Shown in pieces: positions 1-9,100 of a stretch of 12,742 bases of DNA (the stretch's first letter is position 1; the number at the start of each line of letters is the position of its first letter). The notes under the pieces were generated by a model. The model saw nothing but the letters and a program-made list of their open reading frames with translations, made no database searches and was not told the origin of the DNA. Source of the DNA: Synechococcus sp. Lineage in GTDB: Bacteria; Cyanobacteriota; Cyanobacteriia; Thermostichales; PCC-7336. Location: the NCBI GenBank assembly GCA_051439605.1, contig JBFRWN010000093.1, positions 1 to 12,742 of the forward strand, read 5' to 3'. The translations under genes and the position numbers were made by a program.

Positions 1-348
1 CCGCCGCCACACTCCGACGGAGTCGTCCCGGCTAGCGGAGGCGAGGGTACTGCCGTCGGGGCTAAACGTCACCGCCCTGATCGAACTGGAATGACCTTGG
101 AGAGAGGCGATGGAAGAGCCGTCCCGCTGCCACAATCTGACGGTGCCGTCACCGCCAGCGGAGGCGATGGTGCTGCCGTCGGGGCTAAACGTCACCGTCC
201 AGACCGAACGGGAATGACCTTCGAGGGTGGTAAGGGGAGAGCCGTCCTTATTCCACAATCTGACGGTGCTGTCCCGGCTAGCAGAGGCAATGGTGTTGCC
301 GTCGGGGCTAAAGGTCACCTCGCTGACCGGAGCGGAATGTCCGTCTAA
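1..348 (-). repeat. 123-bp tandem DNA repeats encoding WD40 units (about 3 copies visible)
   Basis: GCCGTCGGGGCTAAA(C/G)GTCACC recurs at 52, 175 and 298, a period of 123 nt (41 aa). Confidence 0.9.
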
Positions 349-2442
349 GCGATTAAACTCCCATAGCTCGCGATTTTCCGCCTGAACTAAAACTGCCTTG
401 ACTTGATTGAGGATTTTTAAATCATTTCTACTGGCTCCTTGTAGTTCCCTACCCGCTCGGACGGCCCAAGCCAAAGCATCAAACCCTCTGTCAGCGGTTA
501 AGTGAGTCGCACTTATCTGTGCCAATGCCCTTGCGGTTTGGTTTTGTGCATTGACTGCTTGTTTATTCGCCCACCATGCCAAACCCGAAACAACTGCCAA
601 ACCAACGCTGAGACTGCCAATGATTTCTAACGATAAGTTCCTGCGAGCGCGTTCTCGCTGACGCTGAGACTTGATACAGCTCTCTAAATAAGACTGTTCA
701 AGCGACCCCTCTGTTAGAGCAAACCGTTCTTGCCCTACCAATGCTCGTGCATCCCACAATCGCCCATTACGGTGGACGAGCATATTGTCAATTCTCCCCG
801 CCTGCTCCCACTCTTCAGCCGCTCTTTTAATCCCGTCATCCAACCGCAGGTTATCTCGATCCTCCCGCAGCCAATTGGTTAATGTCCGCCACCTGCGCAG
901 CAAAGCCTCGTGGGCTACCTCCAATGTTTCCCGCCCCTCGCGATCCGACACCAGGAGTCGAGCATCCACAAATTTCTCGAGCAGCGGTTCCGCCAACCGG
1001 GGCATCTCGTCGCGATACGCCAGCCTGCGAACGTACTGTCCTTCTTGATTGATATGTACCATTTTGGGAATAAAGGCATTCCGCAATGCATCTAATTCCT
1101 CCTGACTGGGCGGTGGATAGGCAAGTACACCATCAGCCGCCCGGCTGACAGAAGCCTCCAATCTTCCTATCCGTTCGTATTCTTCGTGTTCGAGTACTCC
1201 ATTCTCGCAACCGACCTCGTACAGTTGCCGCAACGTAAACGCCAACAGCGGTAAAGCATCGGGCGTTTTGGCATCTGCCTGAAGCCTCGCTACCAATCCC
1301 GGTTCAAACGTGACGTCCGCCAGCTGGGCGGGCTTCTCAATCAGTTCGGGGAGGTTGTCCAGTGGAATCTTACGAACTGGCACGCTTTCGTAGCGAATCT
1401 CGCCTAAAACCGGATGATTTTGAAATTCCGCCAGAAAATCCGATCGCATGGTGGCTAACACCATCAGTTGGCGATCTGCGACCTCTAATGCCACTCGCAG
1501 CAACTGAAGAAATTGACCTGCAGCAGTGGGGGCGTTGGCAGCCATTAGCTCTTCCGCTTGGTCAATCGTCAGCAGTACCGTTGCCTCTCGGCGGTTTGCC
1601 GAAGCCTGCAAGTCCCCTGCCAGTTCAGTCAGGACCTTGCCGTTTGGCGGATCTGCCTCGGCTGCTGCTGTTAGCTCGGACAGAATCGAACTCCATTCGC
1701 GGGGTGCTTGGAAGGTTTTAAATCCCTCAGCTAGTACTTTTGCTAATTCTTCTAACGGATCTTTTCGAGATCGGAAAGGGCTCAAAGGAATCCAATTGGA
1801 GCGATCTTTGCGCAGGCGAGGTAACACCCCCGCCCGCACTAGCGAAGATTTACCGCTACCGGAAGCCCCCCAAAATAAGACCAAACGAGGTTCGGCAGCC
1901 CCCTTATCGCGCAAATAATTGAGCTTTTCCAGAGCAGTATCGATATCGCGATCGCGCCCGAAGAATATAGCCGCATCTTCTTCTTCAAAGTGATGCAAAC
2001 CTGGATAAGGAGAGCGCTCAGAGTCCCAACAAAATGAGTCTTTCGGGTCAAGGCCATTAACCTTAAGGCCATCTGCGAGCCGTTGATATCCTTGCTTCGG
2101 ATTTACTGTGAGATCCACGTGCTGTAGGTTAGGAAAAATTGGTCTGTCATTACAAGGTGCTACCTTTACGACAAAGACAGCTTTACCTTTTTCATCTGCC
2201 TGTATGACTTCTGCAAAACACCACTTGGACTCCAACCAGTTCGGGGTGACTAAAGCAATCACCGCCTTACATTGGCGTAACTTCTGATAAAGAACCTGCT
2301 TCCACTCTGTTCCCGCTTGGATACCAGCATCGGGATCGAAATCTAAAAACAGCGACTGGTAGCCCTGCTTTTCCAGCCAAGTTTTAAGCGATTCGGCTGC
2401 AGCATTATCCTTACTGCTGTGGCTGATGAAAATGCTACTCAT
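1..2442 (-). CDS. TIR domain + STAND (nSTAND1-like) NTPase + transmembrane helix + WD40 repeat protein (NLR-like), 3' end outside the window
   Basis: Hand translation from ATG at 2442: [79 protein letters not shown] (TIR). Then [23 protein letters not shown], Walker [10 protein letters not shown] (1843-1869), Walker [11 protein letters not shown] (~1545-1575), [12 protein letters not shown], a hydrophobic stretch [18 protein letters not shown] (~570-625), and WD40 repeats ([30 protein letters not shown]). The segments I translated share one frame from 2442 to 1. Its absence from the ORF track fits having no stop codon in the window. Confidence 0.93.
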   Translation of the reverse strand, partial: MSSIFISHSSKDNAAAESLKTWLEKQGYQSLFLDFDPDAGIQAGTEWKQVLYQKLRQCKAVIALVTPNWLESKWCFAEVIQADEKGKAVFVVKVAPCNDRPIFPNLQHVDLTVNPKQGYQRLADGLKVNGLDPKDSFCWDSERSPYPGLHHFEEEDAAIFFGRDRDIDTALEKLNYLRDKGAAEPRLVLFWGASGSGKSSLVRAGVLPRLRKDRSNWIPLSPFRSRKDPLEELAKVLAEGFKTFQAPREWSSILSELTAAAEADPPNGKVLTELAGDLQASANRREATVLLTIDQAEELMAANAPTAAGQFLQLLRVALEVADRQLMVLATMRSDFLAEFQNHPVLGEIRYESVPVRKIPLDNLPELIEKPAQLADVTFEPGLVARLQADAKTPDALPLLAFTLRQLYEVGCENGVLEHEEYERIGRLEASVSRAADGVLAYPPPSQEELDALRNAFIPKMVHINQEGQYVRRLAYRDEMPRLAEPLLEKFVDARLLVSDREGRETLEVAHEALLRRWRTLTNWLREDRDNLRLDDGIKRAAEEWEQAGRIDNMLVHRNGRLWDARALVGQERFALTEGSLEQSYLESCIKSQRQRERARRNLSLEIIGSLSVGLAVVSGLAWWANKQAVNAQNQTARALAQISATHLTADRGFDALAWAVRAGRELQGASRNDLKILNQVKAVLVQAENRELWEFNRLDGHSAPVSEVTFSPDGNTIASASRDSTVRLWNKDGSPLTTLEGHSRSVWTVTFSPDGSTIASAGGDGTVRLWQRDGSSIASLQGHSSSIRAVTFSPDGSTLASASRDDSVGVWRR
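1948..1955. other. HIP1 octamer GCGATCGC (also at 7376-7383 and 11882-11889)
   Basis: Three exact copies plus several CGATCG cores, a typical cyanobacterial genome signature. Confidence 0.7.
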
Positions 2443-2978
2443 CAAGTCTAACGATCGCTGCAGCTCTCAGCCTACAAGCAAGTCTCAAGATAGGGGAGTA
2501 TGCGATCGTTATCTACATAATGGGAATTGAGAGTCAGAATTGATCGGATAATTTTGGCTCTTCAGTACAGTTTATGCTGAATCTGTAAATCTAAGCTAAA
2601 TTAAAATCTAGAAGTTAGGTTTAGAAAGATTAGGGTCCTTATCAGCAACATAACTAGGTTTAATAATCCATTAAAGACTGAATTTATAGGATATGGGTAG
2701 TCTTTGATCGGACTAAAGTTCCCTTTAAATACCCTCTAACTCTGTCCGGCGTAGCTGCTAGAGATTTGTTCTGCGGACCCATCTTGAGTCATTGAAGATT
2801 ACTTGACTTGGAAGATGTTAATTCACGATAAACTTCAACTTACAGGGCATGGTTCAAGCCAAGGTAACACTTTTGATTGTCCATCAAACCCTCAACCCTC
2901 TAACAAATAAGTGTTTAAGAGAACTGATAACTGCTAAGAGTATTGCCCTATCGCTGGGGGCTTTGAATCACGCCGATA

Positions 2979-3032
2979 TATCTCCCTCACCCCTCGAAAG
3001 CTCCCTTCTACAAGCGAGGGGTGAGGGAGATA
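2979..3032. repeat. Perfect 18-bp inverted repeat with 18-nt loop (REP-like hairpin)
   Basis: TATCTCCCTCACCCCTCG (2979-2996) and its exact reverse complement CGAGGGGTGAGGGAGATA (3015-3032). Confidence 0.9.
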
Positions 3033-3570
3033 AAGCTTGCTGTGGCTCCTTCTTTAGCCTCTAATGTCACCCCTACAGCGTTGGAGGAAACTCTATCCAA
3101 GGACTACTATTGACATCGGCAATAACACAACTGCGTAGGGAATAAAGAGCGCTGGCTTAGAAGCGATTGGAGAAATAAAGTGTAGGTTTTTCAGCAGTAA
3201 CGAGAATAGACATGCACGGTCGAGCCTTGAATCATTTATCTAAGCATCCTGAATAAAACTGAATTTAGCATAAATTATATACACACTTTTTCCCAATATA
3301 TATCAATAGACAACAAGTAGCATTAAATTGGATGTGAAGGAATGGTTTCAAGGAACAATTATTTGTTTGCCTTGTTGAGCAACAGTAAAATTATAGCAAT
3401 TGCAAGTCAAAGACAAGTTAAATAATCGTTTGCTTAAACTTAGTTATCAGCTAAGGCTACTCAATCATACTCTCAAAATTTATGAACTTATTAAGACAAT
3501 CATTTCGTTATAGATTTTCAATGCTTTATGTTGAATTTGCACTGTAATTTCATAAAGGGAATTGCGAACA

Positions 3571-4416
3571 ATGAGCTCTATAAGTTCTCAGTTGTTAGAA
3601 ACAACGAATGAAGAGACTAGCATCGAAGCCAAGTCAAGATATCGAGTATGGCTCAAAAAGATGCCCTCGGATAACGAGCGATGCAAGATCGATCAATACA
3701 ACTATTGCATTTTAGGAATCAGCTTAGAAAACCCTAGTTTTTCAAGCGAAAAGTTATTAGCAATGACAGATTGGATAGCAACTCATTTCCAGAAATGTTA
3801 CGTTTTGATAGGAGATAGCTTGCATCGGATCACCCTACAACTCGATCAAAAACTAAGCGACAAACAAGCACTTGATCGAGCAATCCTTATGGGCAAAGAG
3901 TACATCAATATTCATATGAACATCTTTAGACATTATGAAAATAATTGTCATTTTGAGTTTATCTATTGCTCAAAGATCCAACAAAAGAAAGAGTATAGAG
4001 AATACTATAAACAAATAAAAGATTTGTTTGATAAAAATAGAGAATTCAAGAATTCTGTAAATTCTTTTTCTAGGGAATTTGTTAGACGCCGCATTCCCCT
4101 TAACAAGGAAAGTCATTCTTTGGATAAAATATTAGCCAATTCAAACAGGTCTTTTTCTAAAGGATCTTTCAACGGTCAGATTCATTTCAAGGACAAAGGC
4201 AAATTCTCCGAATCATATATAGAATTGTGCGATGAATATTTACTTGAAGAGCTAGCAATTTTTTCTTGTCTTTATAAGGATCGAGTATGCCCTATGTTCT
4301 ATCCAGGATCTTTTTCGATCTTCGAAGAGATCTACAAAGGAGAGCATGCAGAAATTCCTGCTTGCCTAAACAATATAATTTATGGAACCTTACGTCTCAA
4401 GAGACGTAAAAATTAG
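3571..4416 (+). CDS. tRNA-dependent cyclodipeptide synthase (CDPS), XYP subfamily
   Basis: Motifs ILGISLENPSFS (AlbC GxSxxN, catalytic Ser37 and Asn40 equivalents), VLIGDSLHRITL, EYLLEELAIF (Tyr178/Glu182 equivalents) and FYPG (Tyr202-Pro203, XYP type). ATG 3571 is preferred over TTG 3562 because AAGGGA at 3555-3560 lies 10 nt upstream of it. Confidence 0.88.
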   Translation: MSSISSQLLETTNEETSIEAKSRYRVWLKKMPSDNERCKIDQYNYCILGISLENPSFSSEKLLAMTDWIATHFQKCYVLIGDSLHRITLQLDQKLSDKQALDRAILMGKEYINIHMNIFRHYENNCHFEFIYCSKIQQKKEYREYYKQIKDLFDKNREFKNSVNSFSREFVRRRIPLNKESHSLDKILANSNRSFSKGSFNGQIHFKDKGKFSESYIELCDEYLLEELAIFSCLYKDRVCPMFYPGSFSIFEEIYKGEHAEIPACLNNIIYGTLRLKRRKN

Positions 4417-4521
4417 CGCTTCATTAAAAGCTTACAATAAATATATTCCTTTAAATTATTAAGATTGAATAGTCTCAGTAACTGTAAAAAAGATCAAAAG
4501 TAGGGAGTAACTAACCATCCT

Positions 4522-4527
4522 AAGGAG
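4522..4527 (+). promoter_or_regulatory. Shine-Dalgarno sequence of the SIR2-like/TIR gene
   Basis: AAGGAG 9 nt upstream of ATG 4537. Confidence 0.7.
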
Positions 4528-4536
4528 TTAAGTGTA

Positions 4537-6132
4537 ATGCCAAGTGATCGCCAACAATCTGTAGATAACTTTGGACACTACCAAGACGTAGTTGAAGCAA
4601 TTACGCAAGGAACAGTTATTCCCATTCTCAGTTCGGGAGTCAACCACTGTGGTCGCCCAAAAAAAAATGGAAAACTAGTTAATTGGCAAGCTTGTAAGTT
4701 CCCTCCAACTGAGGAAGAACTAGCTCTGTACTTGCTAAGGGAAGCGGAGTTAGAAAATGAATATCTTTGCGATACTTTAACCTGCGATACAGATAGAGAT
4801 TCACGAGAAAGATGCCAACTTAATAGGGAAGATGTAGTTACAAAGATCACCCTTGCCAGTGTTTCCCAATATATTGCCCTATGTAAAGCAAAATGGCTTA
4901 GGAATACTCTTAAGAACGTTATACAGTCATCATATCAACCTACCCCAGTTCACCAGTTCCTAGCAGAACTTCCTAACATTCTGGAAGAAAAATGCTATGC
5001 TCCCCCTTATCCTCTAACTGTAACTACCTGTTTGGACAGTGTACTAGAACAGGCATTCATCTCTAAAAACCAGCCTTTCGATCTAGTGGCTTTTATTAGT
5101 ACTCCAGAAGGGGGGCACTTCGAGCATAAAAAATATACACTCACTGAGAATGGTGTGAAGTCGGAACCAAAAGAACATATAAGGATTCCCGACGCCAACT
5201 ATGAAGGTATATCGCTCGCAGATAATCCTGTGATTCTCAAACTGTATGGAGGAGTTGAGTTTGCCCATGCAAAGTTTTGCAGAAAGATTACTATTCCCGA
5301 AGTCACCATTGCCGAAGATCAATTGCTTGATTACCTCTCTCAACCAAACATTGAAGAACTACTTCCGAAAAACTTGTTATCTATACTCAGAGATCGAGAT
5401 CGTAACCTATGGTTTCAAGAATATAGCCCTAGTTGCTGGAATCTGCGTATCATCCTTCATCGCATCTGGAGAGAACAGTTATACAATCCTGTGAAGCAGT
5501 GGTGGGCGATTGAGGAGAATCCAGAACACTTAGACCCAAAGTTTTGGGAGGATAAATATCAAGTGGAGCTTGTAAACGTCGATTCTATGGAGACTTATAT
5601 CACTGATATAGAAAATCAATTACGCAGCCTAAAATCAACAAACTGTTCACTTGACAAAGTTTCAGCTACTTCAAAGGAAGTGAGAGATAAAGTATTTATC
5701 AGCTACAGTCACCAAGATAAAGGATGGCTTGAGAAACTAAAGAGAATGCTGGCTCCTTTAACTAATACTGGCATAATTGATGGTGATGATATCTGGGATG
5801 ACACAAAAATCAAACCTGGTGAAGAGTGGAGAAAGAAAATTGAAGAAGCTCTAGACTTGGCGAAAGTCGCTATTTTAATGGTAAGTCCAAATTTTCTATC
5901 ATCAGACTTTATTGACAAACATGAACTTCCACCTCTGCTAGAAGCGGCTAAAGAAAAAGGACTGACAATCTTCTGGATTTATGTCAGTAGCTGTAATTAC
6001 CAGTTTACACCGATTCGCGAATATCAAGCCGCTCACGACGTTGCTAAATCCTTAGATCGATTGGAACCTGCAGAGCAAAACTTTATGCTGACAGAAATAG
6101 TTAAAAATCTTCATACAGTCCTTAAAAAGTAG
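4537..6132 (+). CDS. SIR2-like (SIR2_2 type, degenerate motifs) domain fused to a C-terminal TIR domain
   Basis: The N-terminal ~365 aa follow SIR2-like motif order: VIPILSSGVN (cf. VPFLGAG), PTPVHQFLAEL, VTTCLDSVLEQAF (cf. TTNYD), VILKLYG (cf. LKLHG), LWFQEYSPSCWNLRIIL (cf. FLGYSLxDWNLR). C-terminal TIR: KVFISYSHQD...IWDDTKIKPGEEWRKKIEEAL...AILMVSPNFLSSDFIDKHELP. Confidence 0.85.
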   Translation: MPSDRQQSVDNFGHYQDVVEAITQGTVIPILSSGVNHCGRPKKNGKLVNWQACKFPPTEEELALYLLREAELENEYLCDTLTCDTDRDSRERCQLNREDVVTKITLASVSQYIALCKAKWLRNTLKNVIQSSYQPTPVHQFLAELPNILEEKCYAPPYPLTVTTCLDSVLEQAFISKNQPFDLVAFISTPEGGHFEHKKYTLTENGVKSEPKEHIRIPDANYEGISLADNPVILKLYGGVEFAHAKFCRKITIPEVTIAEDQLLDYLSQPNIEELLPKNLLSILRDRDRNLWFQEYSPSCWNLRIILHRIWREQLYNPVKQWWAIEENPEHLDPKFWEDKYQVELVNVDSMETYITDIENQLRSLKSTNCSLDKVSATSKEVRDKVFISYSHQDKGWLEKLKRMLAPLTNTGIIDGDDIWDDTKIKPGEEWRKKIEEALDLAKVAILMVSPNFLSSDFIDKHELPPLLEAAKEKGLTIFWIYVSSCNYQFTPIREYQAAHDVAKSLDRLEPAEQNFMLTEIVKNLHTVLKK

Positions 6133-6186
6133 TAGCTGATCGCTTTATCTACTTTATTGAATCTATTTGTCAGGGGGTACTGACCG

Positions 6187-9100
6187 ATGCAAAGCTCAAT
6201 TCAACAACGGACTGACCAGCCTTACAAAGGTTTTGAACCTTTTGCTAGGGAGGATGCGCAACTTTTCTTTGGAAGAGAGAAAGAAATTGAGCGTATCGTT
6301 AACTACCTTAAAAGTTCTCGCATAACAGTCCTTTCCGGAACTAGTGGAATAGGCAAGAGTTCTCTCCTACAAGCAGGGGTTTACTCTTCCTTGCATCGAG
6401 AATCCCTAAATAATATCAAACGCTATGGTGTACCTAAATTTGCCGTCGTTGTCTTTGACGATTGGCAGGGCGATACCCTCAAGAAATTGATCGATCAAAT
6501 TCAAAATGAGATTGAAGAGTTAAGCAAAAAGAAATTTTCACCATGGACTTCAACTCGCGATCTTTGCGAAGTCTCTCGGCAGTGTATTCATTCCCTCGGC
6601 AAAGATAGAAAAGAAGGAACACTTTTTATTATTCTCGATCAATTTGAGGAGTATTTTCGGTATCATCCCCAACCAGAAGAGGGAAAAGGAAGTTTCGAGG
6701 TACAGTTCCCCAAAGTAGTAAACAAACTTGGACTAGGGGTAAATTTTCTTATCTCCATCCGCGAGGATATGATCGCGAAACTTGCTCGCTTCCGAGGAGC
6801 TATCCCTAAAATCCTCCAGAACTGGCTGCGACTCGAACCCCTCGATAAAGATTCTGCTTGCGACGCGATTTTAAACCCTATCTATAAAGTTTACAATTAT
6901 CAACATCAGGAAGCAAGAATCAGCGTAGAGCCAGCATTGGTTGAGAGAATATTAACAGAAATCAATTCTGATACTAAGTTTAAAAATGGATATGAGAATG
7001 GAGATTCAAAGACAAGAGATTTATTTAGATCTACAACATTTCAACCTTCTTACTTGCAAGTCTTGATGCAGGTCTTGTGGGAAGAAGAAACGACAAAGAA
7101 TTCTCGTAAACTTAATTTACAAACATTACAGGAAATGGGAGGTGCGAAGGCCGTTCTTGCAAGCTACTTCGAAAATAAATTAGAACAGCTTGCCCAAAAC
7201 TCAGATCTTCGATTCAAAGAAATAGTGGCGATGTTTATCGGTTTTCTGGTAACTCCCGGAGGTACAAAGATTTCCTATCCCCTTGAGGATTTAGCCACAA
7301 AGGCAGACATCGAGGAGAGCCAACTACGATCCGTGCTAACAGCACTTTCCCAACAACACCTTATCAACCTTGTTTGCGATCGCGATAAACTATGTTATGA
7401 AATATCCTACGATATCCTGATTCCAGTTATTCTTGAATGGCACGATACTTACTGGAAGAAAAGAAATGAGGCCAAGCTTATAGCTGAAAAAGAGTTGAGT
7501 CTTGCAGGCCCCCAAGCATTGCAAGACTTCTTAAACACTTCGCAATTAGGTGCACTTCAGAGCCTTGTACAAGCAGGGGAAGACTGTAAACAGTACATTG
7601 ATCGCGGTTTATTGTCTAAGAAATATTCAACTGTTTCAATGGAGATCGTCCTTCAACAAATATTGGATAACATTCAAGAGACTAGCCAATTAGAAAGCCA
7701 TAAAGGGGCGGTGTGTAATGTTACCTTTGACCCCGAAGGAAGATTTCTCGTGAGTAGCTCCGAAGATGGTACAGCTTGCCTGTGGGACTTGAGCGACAAT
7801 TCTTCAATGATTTGTGAGGGACATCGCAATTGGATCTGGGGACTGACTTTTAGTCCCGATGGGATGTTATTCGCCACTGCATCGGATGACAAAACTGTTC
7901 GCCTGTGGGATCTCCAAGGTCACGAGCAATTCCATTTTCCCGATCTTCCTAGCGCTGTTAAATCAGTTGATTTTAGCCGCGATGGACATTTTCTAGCTGC
8001 TGGCTGCATTGGTGGGACAGTTCATTTGTGGAACTTAGAAGGAGATCGGTTATCAGAATTTACAGCCCATCTAGCACCTGTCTTGTGCGTCAGATTTAGT
8101 CCCGATAGCAACTCTCTGGTCACTGGCTCGGCAGATGGCACGATTTGCTGGTGGAACCTGGACGGAGAAAAGCAGAAGGAATGGAAAGGACATCGCAAAG
8201 CTGTTTGGTGCGTCAGTTTTTCTCCGGAGGGGAACTATCTTGCATCCTGTAGTGCGGATAAAACCATTAAGCTGTGGGATTCAACGACAGGTAGCGAGTT
8301 GAAAACTCTAAGCGGTCATAAAAGCTGGGTTTTGAGCGTCTGCTTTAGCTCTGACGGGCAATTTCTCGCCAGTGGATCCGAAGATTGCACAGCTCGCGTT
8401 TGGGACGTAGAACGAGGCATCGAAGTAACAGAATTCGTTCACGCTGGTCCTGTGAATAGAGTTAGCTTTAGTCCCAACGGAGATCGACTAGCTACTGCCT
8501 CCGCCGATCGCAAGGTTCACCTGTGGGCGTGGCCAGACAATCGCAAGTTTTTCTTCAAACAGCAAGAGGAAGTCTGTTTCGGAGTTAGCTTCAATCCGGA
8601 TGGTCAGTCTCTTGCTACCGGAGCATCTGATGGAACTGTCTGCTTGTGGGATTGCATGGGAAATCTTCTCCAAGATTTCAAGGCTCACAAAAGCTGGGTT
8701 AAGCAAGTTGCTTTCGACCTTGACGGGAAACGCCTCGCTACGGGCTCAGCTGATGGCACTATCGGTCTCTGGGACCTAAAAGGCAACGAGTTAGCCCGAT
8801 TCGGAGAACATCGAGCGCCATTCTGGAGCGTCAGTTTTAGTCCTAACGGACAGTATCTCGCGAGCGGCTCGGGGGACGGGGTTATCGTGCTGTGGAACTT
8901 ACAAAGTGACGTAGCAAAGTCATTTTTAGGTCGCTTGGGAGCGATTTGGAGTATCGGTTTCAGTCCCGATGGACAGTTGCTTGCCAGTGGTTCGGAAGAT
9001 GGAACTGTCCGACTGTGGGATTTGCAGGGTAAGGAGCTGGTTAAATTTCATCGGCCTCACGGACCCATTTTGAGTGTTAGTTTTCATCCCGATCCTGGGA

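Noticed and set aside
91..2072. Short ORFs 91-348, 785-1048, 910-1095, 1362-1721, 1526-1918, 1740-1922 and 1839-2072
   Set aside because: Antisense or alternate-frame shadows of the TIR-STAND-WD40 gene. The repetitiveness of 91-348 only mirrors the WD40 repeats.
2790..2845. Minus-strand VEVYRE peptide reminiscent of Uma2-type nucleases
   Set aside because: Only a few residues match and the surrounding frame gives no support.
2849..3064. 71-aa ORF in the intergenic region
   Set aside because: No recognisable motif, and it reads through the perfect hairpin; probably spurious.
2443..3570. NtcA box or defined promoters in the divergent intergenic region
   Set aside because: I found no convincing GTA-N8-TAC by eye, and -10-like hexamers are uninformative in such AT-rich sequence.
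4578..8706. Small ORFs overlapping the SIR2-TIR and STAND genes
   Set aside because: Fully nested in well-supported long CDSs, with no independent evidence.
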